From a virus (lineage: Duplodnaviria; Caudoviricetes), in IMG/VR virus record IMGVR_UViG_3300017716_001831, positions 1 through 33,812 of that record: a stretch of 33,812 bases of DNA; one strand, 5' to 3'. Below are positions 25,850 through 33,812 of the stretch, piece by piece. A program made the translations under genes and the position numbers. Below the pieces are notes generated by a model. It was not told where the DNA came from. It saw only the letters and a program-made list of their open reading frames with translations, and did no database searches. Position 1 is the stretch's first letter; the number at the start of each line of letters is the position of its first letter.

Positions 25850-26332
25850 TCATCTCCATGCTGCAGCCCTTACGTCTTCGCCTTGCACATCAATCACATG
25901 CTTTGAAAACATGCGATCTAGAAGCTGTGCAAGCAAATCGGGGTCGATGTTGTTGTAGTACTCATCTGGTTGCAACGGTCCACCATCGGAAGCGGAGTGC
26001 GCTGGCCGACCATGAGTAGCTGCAGTGAAGATGAACAGACCAGTTTTCTTGTTCAGAAGGTCTCTGATGTGTTTGATGTGTAGCGGCCAGTCGTGCGTAT
26101 GTTCCGCAACCTCGAGGTATAGCCCCACATCAAATGGTTGTTCGTTGCCGTAGTCCAGTATGTCACCTACCCAAGTAACGCCAGGTGCGTCTACTAGGTC
26201 AACGATCTCGAACGTCGAATGCTCGAACAGAAAGTGCGGATGCCCGTTTATATCTCTGCCGCCACAGTCGAGCACACTAGACTGCCCTGCTGGCACCCAC
26301 CTTTGGACCCATTCGAGAACTGCTTGGTGCAT
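25850..26332 (-). CDS. class I SAM-dependent methyltransferase (likely glycan/small-molecule type)
   Basis: VLDCGGRDING motif I, FDV...EVAEH; ATG at 26332 in TAATG overlap. Confidence 0.8.
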   Translation of the reverse strand: MHQAVLEWVQRWVPAGQSSVLDCGGRDINGHPHFLFEHSTFEIVDLVDAPGVTWVGDILDYGNEQPFDVGLYLEVAEHTHDWPLHIKHIRDLLNKKTGLFIFTAATHGRPAHSASDGGPLQPDEYYNNIDPDLLAQLLDRMFSKHVIDVQGEDVRAAAWR

Positions 26333-27141
26333 TAGATCACCTCGGGTTTTCTCCACCAGAAGAAGTGTGCAATCAGGATGAGCGGCAACCATTGCACAGG
26401 TAACACTTGCGCTGCCGCTAAGGCCATCACAGGCCCTGCAGCCGTGTGCAACAAGCGAACCGTGTCAGTAGCAACCAACAGCTGTGCATACGCTAAAACG
26501 AGTATCAGGAGCGTCTGCCACGATGGCCGGTACAAAGCTGCCAAGGTTGCACCCCACGGTGCGACCATCAGCCAAGCGTCACGCCACCGCCCACGATGGG
26601 CTTCCAAAGCAGTGATCACAGGATGCTCATACACCCTGCGCAACAAAGGTTGTGCAGTTACCTGGTCGATCTGTGGTTTGCGAACAAACCACACAACAGC
26701 CGGCACAATCAAACCAATCAGCATGATCGGATGCCAAGCCCACACCGCAGCAAAAATTGGTGCAGTCTCTTTGATTGAAGCGGCAACAAGAATCAGCAGT
26801 ACCGCTACAGGCCACAGGCCGTGCTCGAAACAAGCAACAGCCATGATGCTCACTGCCATCGCAGGTAAGTCAACGCCAACAGGTCTTACTACTTGCGGGC
26901 CCCACACACCAGGCAGTGCAAGCAACAACACTGCTGCAGCCGTTGCACGCTCGATGCCAAGATCAGATCCCCACCACAACATGCCTGCTGCAGCGATCAC
27001 CCACGACGTAACCCACACTGCACGCCATCTGCGCAGATCATCCTTGCAGATGGTCGGTAGCAACCATCTCAGGTTGAACGGTCGTGCAACCGGAACACCA
27101 CGACCAGCGAGGATGTACCTAGACGCATCAGGTCCGAGCAT
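26332..27141 (-). CDS. polytopic membrane protein, GT-C-like glycosyltransferase candidate
   Basis: Multiple hydrophobic helices; D..RY, PF..R.L.P, VD and KET motifs reminiscent of GT-C fold enzymes. Confidence 0.5.
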   Translation of the reverse strand: MLGPDASRYILAGRGVPVARPFNLRWLLPTICKDDLRRWRAVWVTSWVIAAAGMLWWGSDLGIERATAAAVLLLALPGVWGPQVVRPVGVDLPAMAVSIMAVACFEHGLWPVAVLLILVAASIKETAPIFAAVWAWHPIMLIGLIVPAVVWFVRKPQIDQVTAQPLLRRVYEHPVITALEAHRGRWRDAWLMVAPWGATLAALYRPSWQTLLILVLAYAQLLVATDTVRLLHTAAGPVMALAAAQVLPVQWLPLILIAHFFWWRKPEVI

Positions 27142-27931
27142 TCTCGTCCGTAAGCTTTGGCTCCTCCGGCGGTGTTACACCCATTGTCTTAGTGTCTGAC
27201 GGCCAGTAAACCCTGCCGCCCTTGTGATGCCCAACATGCGCAGTCGTATCCACATAAACCTTGTGCCCTTGCTCGCCTGCACGCAAACAGAAACTTACAT
27301 CTTCGCCTAGCGCCCATTCCGAGCCGTCATCACCAAAGCGAATATCAAAACCAAACCAGCAGTTAGTACTACCACCACTCTGATCAAACATCTGTTGAAT
27401 GACTGAGCGGTGAATCAGCAGGCACCCTGTGCCAGTAGCGGCAACTTCTGCCAGCTGGTTTGGTGCCCAATCGAGCATCACTTGTGTGCAAGTCAAAGGA
27501 TTTTCGATAAACAAGGTGGGTATCACACCATCGGCGGTGAGGATCACACACAACGCACCAAGGATCTTGATGTCATGTTCGACCGCTCGTGCAACCATCT
27601 GGTGCATCAGCTGCGGTTCAAACACCATGTCAGTGTCCACAAACCACAGCCATTCGGCATCGGTGTACGTCTTTAAGAACTCGTCGCACAAACGGTTGCG
27701 AGCCTTCGCAAGGTTTGCTGTCGCCTCGAGCGCAACGTAATTGTGTAGTAGGCGCAACTCAATCGGGTTCGGTGACTCCGGACAGTCGAGCGCTTCCCAC
27801 ACTTGCACCGCACGTTCACGATCCCACACATCAAGCTCCCAAAAGGAACGCATGAACCGTGTGCTGATGTCGTGGCCTGTTGACGGAAACGCCAACAACA
27901 CTTGACCAGGGTGATCAAAACTGTCTTGCAT
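27128..27931 (-). CDS. GT-A (GT2-like) glycosyltransferase
   Basis: ARN...WLWFVDTDM (DxD), TGTGCLLIHRSV, GEDVSFC, VGH; ATG at 27931 after AAAGGACAAAC. Confidence 0.85.
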   Translation of the reverse strand: MQDSFDHPGQVLLAFPSTGHDISTRFMRSFWELDVWDRERAVQVWEALDCPESPNPIELRLLHNYVALEATANLAKARNRLCDEFLKTYTDAEWLWFVDTDMVFEPQLMHQMVARAVEHDIKILGALCVILTADGVIPTLFIENPLTCTQVMLDWAPNQLAEVAATGTGCLLIHRSVIQQMFDQSGGSTNCWFGFDIRFGDDGSEWALGEDVSFCLRAGEQGHKVYVDTTAHVGHHKGGRVYWPSDTKTMGVTPPEEPKLTDENART

Positions 27932-27962
27932 GTTTGTCCTTTGGTAGATCGGGTTAGGTGGT

Positions 27963-27993
27963 GTGGTGCAAGCAAGCCCACTGCTTGCACCAC
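27963..27993 (-). promoter_or_regulatory. 12-bp hairpin after the capsid gene (attenuator, stabiliser or antisense target)
   Basis: GTGGTGCAAGCA-(7-nt loop)-TGCTTGCACCAC with no T-tract. Confidence 0.6.
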
Positions 27994-28007
27994 CCATCCT
28001 AGTTAAC

Positions 28008-29357
28008 TCAGGAAAGAACCTGCTTAAAGCCTGTTCCTTGCAGGTTGCAGGTGGCCACTGGGTAGCGTCCTGCGGTGAATGCCGAGTAGCCGTAGGTCAC
28101 CATTGTGACGTTCAAGCTGGCTGCGGCAACCTCGTTAAGGGTAAGACCCACCGGAGCTCCGGCGTCTTCCATGAATAACACATCGCTGGCCCTCGTGACC
28201 ACTATGCGATCTTCATCAGTTGATGCGCCGAGGTTGGTTGGAATGCCTGCGTCAGTGATGACCTTGACGCCAGCGATTGAGCCAACGTAGCCATACGCTG
28301 CGGCTGCACCAGCGCCAACAGCGTTAAAGCTGTTGTAGCCCTCGATGGCAACAAGCGGACGCAGCGACGAATCAGACTGCGCACACAGGTAAGCCCAACG
28401 ACGAGGATGCATGACGATCAGGTCACCAGGAGCGAAGCGTGAGGTGTTGATCTTGCCGAGTGCATTGTGGATTGCAGCAACAAGGCTTGCGCCTGTGGTG
28501 CCGGTCCACGCTGCGGTCTGCACCGAAGTCGTGTTAAGGATTCCGAAGTGGCCTCCAGCGGTTCCGTCGCCACTAAGAGCGGAGACGTTGACCTTGGTTG
28601 CGTACTGCTGATACAGATCAGCCAGGAGGATCTGGCCGATGCCGGTTCCACGGTCGATGCTCTGACGAGAAACAACCTGCTGCCCAGCGAACGTGCGAAC
28701 CGGAACCGTAAGGTCAGACTCGGTGAACGTCTGGTTGGTTACTGCTGTGCCTTCAGTGGTCTGAGCGGCAACACCTGTGGAGGTAGCGCCACGAGGGATA
28801 AACATGCTCATCCCAGTTGCGGGCAAGGCCACTTTTGTGACCGCTTCAAGGAATGGCCGACCGGATGCAAGCGTCGCAGCGAACTGGTCTGTGAGATAGG
28901 CCGGAACGACTAAAGCCCCGAAGTTGCCGCTCGTCGAGCGGTACTCGGCGAGGGCTTCATCACGGGCACGAGCAATACGATCAGACGCAGCGTTGTCATT
29001 GCCGAACTTCGCAGCAATAGCATCGCTCAAAAAGTCATGCTCACCGTCTGCACGATAGGTCTTCTCTTCTGAAACAACACGGATGTTCATGGGTAGAACT
29101 TCTTTTCTGACCTCAGCGGCCTTGTCGGAACGGGTAGCAAGATCCACGAGGTCAGACTCACGAGCCTGCAATGCGGTGATCTTGTCATCAATCTCACGAA
29201 GCTCAGCACGAGCAACGTCGAACTTCTCTGTTTCTTCAGCCGTCATATCTGAACGGCCTTCGGTTTCTGCGACAGCGAGGATTGCCTCAACTGCAGCTTG
29301 TGACGCATCACGCTCATCGAGCGCTGCTGCGATCAGGGTACGAATTTGGTCCAACAT
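28008..29357 (-). CDS. major capsid protein, HK97 fold with N-terminal delta domain
   Basis: Coiled-coil N-terminus, G.LVVP, VSRQ.ID, L.GDG...G.LN, VMHPRRW; follows the protease. Confidence 0.93.
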   Translation of the reverse strand: MLDQIRTLIAAALDERDASQAAVEAILAVAETEGRSDMTAEETEKFDVARAELREIDDKITALQARESDLVDLATRSDKAAEVRKEVLPMNIRVVSEEKTYRADGEHDFLSDAIAAKFGNDNAASDRIARARDEALAEYRSTSGNFGALVVPAYLTDQFAATLASGRPFLEAVTKVALPATGMSMFIPRGATSTGVAAQTTEGTAVTNQTFTESDLTVPVRTFAGQQVVSRQSIDRGTGIGQILLADLYQQYATKVNVSALSGDGTAGGHFGILNTTSVQTAAWTGTTGASLVAAIHNALGKINTSRFAPGDLIVMHPRRWAYLCAQSDSSLRPLVAIEGYNSFNAVGAGAAAAYGYVGSIAGVKVITDAGIPTNLGASTDEDRIVVTRASDVLFMEDAGAPVGLTLNEVAAASLNVTMVTYGYSAFTAGRYPVATCNLQGTGFKQVLS

Positions 29358-29447
29358 CTGTGGGCCCTTTCTTGTTTGAGGATTGGGTAACAGCTAGTGA
29401 CTTCAAGTGGAACGCATGTGCCAGGAGGCGGCATGTGTTCCGGCTTG

Positions 29448-30764
29448 TTATCGGCGGGCTGGTATTGCTTCGAGTTGGCGTTTAGCCATCTCTACCGAGC
29501 GGCCTGTGGCCTGCTCAGAATCTTGTGGATCATCGCTGCGGACCTTCGCCACCGTGGCAGGGTTCGCCGGGTACGTCACCATACTGACATCGAATATTTT
29601 AAGCTCGTAAATCTTCCGCTCGGAATAATCACTGTTCCACTCGTCACGCAGAACACGAAACGCAAAGGACATCTGGTCCATGTCTCCACGTTCCATCGCA
29701 GAACGCAACGATGCGGAAAGTGGGTTCATCGGGTCAAGCTCGGCCATTACCCTCAAACCAATATCATCAGACTCTAAGGTCATCGTCCCACTCTTGGTGC
29801 GTGCCAGCGGGATGCCGTCATGGTTGATCAGCAAACGCACATCAGCCTCATTAGCTGATTTCGTTGCGGCACCGCTCATGATTGTTTCCATAAACCCGCC
29901 ACGGTCAACATCACCAATGCTGTAAGCGTAGTCATACACCGTGGCGTAACCCTCGAGGATCGCACCACCATCATGTGTTGCACGCACCGTAAGCTTTTCA
30001 AGCTTCCGCACCTCACGCTCAGGCACATCGACACCATTAACGCCACGCTTGTAACCGTCGATCTCAGGTAAAGGTGCAGGCTCAACCTCAACCACAGGTT
30101 CAACCTCAACGTCTGGTTCAGGGTCAACCTCATCATCATGCACGATCTGCAACGAATCAGGAATGACAAACAGTTTGCACAGCCCGTCCACAGCGATCTC
30201 GCCGCTCACAACCTCGCACATGCCTTCCATGAAGAACACGCAACTGCCGCACACAAGACCATGCTCCTGATTCGCAGGATTGATCTCATAGTTACAACCA
30301 TCAGCACTGTGGTCCTGCGTGTACTTTCCGAACACCTCAACAACAGACTCAGTACTTTCGTACTGTGCAAGCTGCCGATCATTCAAAGGATACGCTTCTA
30401 GATCAATCATTCGTTTGCTCCTGTCAGCTTCCAGCGCTGCAATCTCAGAGAGCCGAGCGTTAGCCCAACTCTGTCCAGGGTCGCCGCCCCATAGCGCCCA
30501 CGCAACCCTTCCAGCAGAAGGGTAACCATCTTCACCAGCCTCAAAACCTTGCCCTTGTTTATCCACCTCATGCCGTGCAAAGAACGATGCCATCCGCTGC
30601 ACAGTGTCCGCAGACAAGCGCACACGGTTGGAAATATCACGAGCTCGAGCAACACCAACAGCAGTGCCGCCACGGTTGAACTCCGCACGCCACGCAAGGC
30701 CACGCACAGCCTCATCAACCATCGCATCAGTGGGCACGAGGTCGATGTCATCAATAGTTGCCAT
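29448..30764 (-). CDS. HK97-type prohead protease with two extra N-terminal domains (helical WALWGGD domain and HiPIP-like Cys4 domain)
   Basis: C-term LEGYATVY...LLINHD...PLART...DDIGL...QMSFAF...DVSMVTYPA (S78); central CGSCVFFMEGMCEVVSGEIAVDGLCKLF. Confidence 0.9.
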   Translation of the reverse strand: MATIDDIDLVPTDAMVDEAVRGLAWRAEFNRGGTAVGVARARDISNRVRLSADTVQRMASFFARHEVDKQGQGFEAGEDGYPSAGRVAWALWGGDPGQSWANARLSEIAALEADRSKRMIDLEAYPLNDRQLAQYESTESVVEVFGKYTQDHSADGCNYEINPANQEHGLVCGSCVFFMEGMCEVVSGEIAVDGLCKLFVIPDSLQIVHDDEVDPEPDVEVEPVVEVEPAPLPEIDGYKRGVNGVDVPEREVRKLEKLTVRATHDGGAILEGYATVYDYAYSIGDVDRGGFMETIMSGAATKSANEADVRLLINHDGIPLARTKSGTMTLESDDIGLRVMAELDPMNPLSASLRSAMERGDMDQMSFAFRVLRDEWNSDYSERKIYELKIFDVSMVTYPANPATVAKVRSDDPQDSEQATGRSVEMAKRQLEAIPARR

Positions 30765-31897
30765 CAGGCAATGACCTGATCAGGTGCAAGCACAGGATCA
30801 GGTGTGACGAGCGGTGGCAGATCCTCATACGCTCTGGCCTCGTCAACTGTGAGGAAACCAGAACCGATACCAACAGCATGCGCTGCGTAACGTGTACTCA
30901 GATCCGAGCGCAACAGCCCGTCAACATTAAACTTCACACGCTGCGAACGAGGCACCAGCGTCGACAACGCATCCTCAATCGGGATCAGGTACGGCATCAG
31001 ACCAAAGGACAACCAGTCTGCTGCACGCTGCTCACGGTTCGCATACGTCACCGAGCTACCAGATGCAGATGCACCGACAAGCTCCGGTGGTATGCCGTAG
31101 ATGCGTGCGATCTGCTCGACCGTAAACCGTTGCGAATCCAAAAACTGTGACTCATCAGGACTGATCTGCACACGCTCATACTTGAGCCCGCTACCCATGA
31201 TTGCTGGTTCACGGTTGCCTTGTGTGGCATTGATGAACGCACCCTTGATGCCCTGAGCCTGCTCAGGAGTCAACTCAGAGTCCGAATAGATGATGGCGTT
31301 AGGATTGCCGCCACTGTTGAAGAACTGTGCACCGAACTGCTCAGCGCTGATGCCTGAACCGATAGCCTGCTTGGCACTGCTGATCGGACTCATACCCATC
31401 GGCATACCTGGCATGACAAACATTGGCATGTGCCACAGCGGTCCGTTAGGCCAACGGTTGATGCGCTTCTCGTTAATCTGTGTTGTCCATTCGCCGTCAA
31501 CGTGCCGCCACTGAACAGTGGCCGGATCGAGAATCTCGACTGTGACAGGGAACCCGTTAACACCCGTTTCGGTGACCAGCCCATAGGCGTTGCCGTCGAG
31601 TAGCAGTGATGACCACAGCTGGTAAAGCCATGTGGTGATGTTGACGTTTGGTGCTGGCGCACGAAACAGCGAACTGGCCGGCAACTGTGTACGACCACCA
31701 GGCCCATCACGGTACTGGTCAAGCGGCAACGTCGAACCCACACCAGCCAACAGGCGCACGCACGCCCACACTGCAGCCAACCGCATCGCACTATTGGAGT
31801 CAACGATTGGCGCACCAGTCCGCATACGCATCTGATTAACCGCAGCGATAATCGAATCAGGAGTGATCGCCCGCTGCTCACGCTTAAAGAAACCCAT
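30764..31897 (-). CDS. HK97-family portal protein
   Basis: AVWACVRLLA...LLDGNAY...GMSPI...FF.SG..P...QFLDS..F....IARIYGIPP. Confidence 0.95.
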   Translation of the reverse strand: MGFFKREQRAITPDSIIAAVNQMRMRTGAPIVDSNSAMRLAAVWACVRLLAGVGSTLPLDQYRDGPGGRTQLPASSLFRAPAPNVNITTWLYQLWSSLLLDGNAYGLVTETGVNGFPVTVEILDPATVQWRHVDGEWTTQINEKRINRWPNGPLWHMPMFVMPGMPMGMSPISSAKQAIGSGISAEQFGAQFFNSGGNPNAIIYSDSELTPEQAQGIKGAFINATQGNREPAIMGSGLKYERVQISPDESQFLDSQRFTVEQIARIYGIPPELVGASASGSSVTYANREQRAADWLSFGLMPYLIPIEDALSTLVPRSQRVKFNVDGLLRSDLSTRYAAHAVGIGSGFLTVDEARAYEDLPPLVTPDPVLAPDQVIA

Positions 31898-32043
31898 TAG
31901 GCACCGTCAATCAGAAAGCCCACAACGAACAAACACACGCCAGCAACACCAAGGGCAAGAATTGGTGACACCAAAAACACTGCAGCACACACAGCCATAA
32001 TCCCAGCGATCTCTAAAACGGTAGCAAGCGAATCCTTAAACAC
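31897..32043 (-). CDS. small membrane protein between terL and portal
   Basis: GTG at 32043 after GAAAGGG; two hydrophobic helices; TAATG overlap with portal. Confidence 0.65.
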   Translation of the reverse strand: MFKDSLATVLEIAGIMAVCAAVFLVSPILALGVAGVCLFVVGFLIDGA

Positions 32044-32056
32044 ACACACCACCCTT

Positions 32057-33487
32057 TCAGTAAGCAAACACTTGAGGCAACACAGGCTCAGGAGCCTCAC
32101 GAGCAGTAGCGCAACCCCACAAAGCTAACGTCACAGCAACCAGCGGTGAAATATCCACACTGCTCGACGTTCTCGACCACGCCCAACTGTCGCCAAGCTT
32201 GCGAGTATTAGCGCCCATCACCGCAGCAACAAGCTCAGACTGCCCAGTGTGCGTAACACTCTTAGCCATCACAGCATCAAACAACCTTGTGCACGCCTCG
32301 GAATACTCACGAGCCGAAGTGGTCCGCACACTCAAACCAAGGTTCTGCAGATCGGTGATGAACCCAGCCGACGGCCCAACACCATCAATTACAAACACGC
32401 TGCCAGGGTAACGATCAGCCAACTCAATGCAACGTGGTATCAGCCAATCAGTACCGGGCCGACGATCCGCAAGCTCAACAGCAAACCCGTACTCGCCAGC
32501 TGGCGAACACGCAGCAACCGACACAGACGAACGATCAGGCGGCAAATCCACACCGAACACAACACCATCAGTGCCAGGAGACTCGTCAACCTGCACAGCT
32601 TCCCACGCATGCAACGGAATCTTCGCACTCAAACTCTGCGACTTCCACACACCAAGACGCTCAACAGCAAACGCCTCCGCTGGCATCGTCTGCCGCTCAG
32701 CCTCAACAAACTCCGGATCAATACGCCGACCCAACGCAGGATTCGACGCAGCCCACACAGCAGGATCAGCAGGATCAGCGTTCAACTCAGAAGACCACTC
32801 AACCCAACACAACCTGCCAGGGTTCTCAGACATCGCACGCACCTTCGTGCGCCGGATCTGCTCCGAAAACTCATCAATCTCAGGCGGCGAAGACGTCGTA
32901 TACCAGAGTTGCGGATTAGGCCGAGCAGACAAAGTAGGCAACAACGCCGCCATCATCGCAGCGCTTAGCTTGTAAGCCTCATCAAAAATGATGCAATCAC
33001 CAGTGAACCCACGACCAGACCCAGAAGACCTAGCAACAAACCGCAACCTCGAACCGTTCTTACACTCAATCGCCTCTTCACCATTCGAGGTACGAACCCG
33101 TTTAACCATCCGGTCGAGGTCATCACAATTTTCTATCAGGTAACGAACCCTGCGGAACGCCTCCTGCGAAGTCTTAAACTCGTGAGCGCTATGCAAGATG
33201 AGCTCCTCACCCAGCAGAAACATTCCTGCAAGCTCACGAGCCTCAAGGATCGACCCCTTGCCATTCTGGCGTGGAACCACAAGACCAACCTCGAGCGCAG
33301 CCCACCGCCCATCCGCACGCTCCGACAAAGCCGACTGCAACACCAACTCTTGCCACGGATCAAGAAACAGGCCAGCAAGCGCAGCGAGCTCAACCGCTTC
33401 CGCACCAGCAGAACTAACCGCCGCTGGCGGCACGACCAGATGCGTTGGCACCTGGCTTCCGAGAAGCTCGTTTAGCTGCGAGGTCAT
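32057..33487 (-). CDS. terL: terminase large subunit
   Basis: LDPWQ, VPRQNGKG (Walker A), IIFDEA (Walker B), SNPALG, FGVD nuclease motif, DISPLVAVTLA. Confidence 0.95.
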   Translation of the reverse strand: MTSQLNELLGSQVPTHLVVPPAAVSSAGAEAVELAALAGLFLDPWQELVLQSALSERADGRWAALEVGLVVPRQNGKGSILEARELAGMFLLGEELILHSAHEFKTSQEAFRRVRYLIENCDDLDRMVKRVRTSNGEEAIECKNGSRLRFVARSSGSGRGFTGDCIIFDEAYKLSAAMMAALLPTLSARPNPQLWYTTSSPPEIDEFSEQIRRTKVRAMSENPGRLCWVEWSSELNADPADPAVWAASNPALGRRIDPEFVEAERQTMPAEAFAVERLGVWKSQSLSAKIPLHAWEAVQVDESPGTDGVVFGVDLPPDRSSVSVAACSPAGEYGFAVELADRRPGTDWLIPRCIELADRYPGSVFVIDGVGPSAGFITDLQNLGLSVRTTSAREYSEACTRLFDAVMAKSVTHTGQSELVAAVMGANTRKLGDSWAWSRTSSSVDISPLVAVTLALWGCATAREAPEPVLPQVFAY

Positions 33488-33680
33488 TAACAAGATTCAC
33501 CGCCCGCCCATCAGAAATCCCCTCAAGGATCTCAGTCACCACAATCATCTGCCGTGCAAGCGAAGCCAACTCCGCACCAGTCGTAGAAGGTGCATCAATC
33601 ACCAAAGCAATCTGATCACGCAAAGCCTCGAGGGTCGCACGACGGTCACCGCTTTGCGCAGCCGCAAGAATCTCACTCAA
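33414..33680 (-). CDS. terS: terminase small subunit
   Basis: Directly upstream of terL; GD.R.TLEALRD.IA..ID...LA.L.RQ...DLAAKR pattern; TTG at 33680 after GGAGG. Confidence 0.75.
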   Translation of the reverse strand: MSEILAAAQSGDRRATLEALRDQIALVIDAPSTTGAELASLARQMIVVTEILEGISDGRAVNLVNDLAAKRASRKPGANASGRAASGG

Positions 33681-33698
33681 CGTGACCACCTCCCGAAA

Positions 33699-33784
33699 CA
33701 ATCCACAAGCCCTGTGGACAACCTTTTTAAGCTTCCGAGGTTATCCCCAGAAATCTGTGGATAACGTTGAGAAATTGTGGAGAG
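33699..33784. promoter_or_regulatory. DnaA-box cluster (right end)
   Basis: Inverted pairs CAATCCACA 33699-33707 / TGTGGACAA 33713-33721 and TTATCCCCA 33741-33749 / TGTGGATAA 33756-33764; degenerate TGTGGAGAG 33776-33784. Confidence 0.65.
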
Positions 33785-33798
33785 AAAAACAGGCCTAC

Positions 33799-33810
33799 AA
33801 AAGCAGCGGG
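33799..33810 (+). repeat. 12-bp direct repeat shared with positions 10-21
   Basis: AAAAGCAGCGGG at 10-21 and 33799-33810. Confidence 0.7.
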
Positions 33811-33812
33811 CC

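Noticed and set aside
29409-29441. Imperfect hairpin between protease and capsid genes with a CCTCCT loop on the minus strand
   Set aside because: Bulged stem, no U-tract and no specific partner found; probably an ordinary mRNA stability element.

Overview
The window looks like an essentially complete ~33.8-kb genome of a tailed dsDNA siphovirus with an HK97-type head. The host is probably an actinobacterium, inferred from two WhiB genes, an Rpf-like protein and actinobacterial-type DnaA boxes. Almost all genes are on the minus strand. From the right end the order is terS, terL, portal, protease, capsid, [GT2, GT-C-like membrane protein, methyltransferase], head-tail genes, [CgeB-like glycosyltransferase], tail tube, frameshifting chaperone, tape measure, tail proteins, endolysin/holin and tail fibre. 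A two-gene plus-strand island follows (N4/N6 DNA methyltransferase and an Rpf-like lipoprotein). An early/replication arm then carries an HTH protein, PD-(D/E)xK exonuclease, SSB, resolvase, two WhiBs, a TcmP-like protein, a ParB-DUF5131 radical-SAM-like fusion, a primase-helicase and an HNH nuclease. No integrase, DNA polymerase, tRNA or CRISPR array was recognised. The most notable signals are: (1) a two-hairpin non-coding element at 12721-12811 whose loops are complementary, in antiparallel order, to a hairpin loop and RBS 15 kb away in front of the glycosylation cassette (candidate antisense RNA); (2) a HiPIP-like 4-Cys domain inside the prohead protease; (3) paired DnaA boxes at both ends of the window, where the G+T skew also flips; (4) a ParB/radical-SAM/TcmP module that may modify DNA; (5) glycosylation genes embedded among the virion genes. 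All family calls come from motif recognition by eye; no database searches were run.
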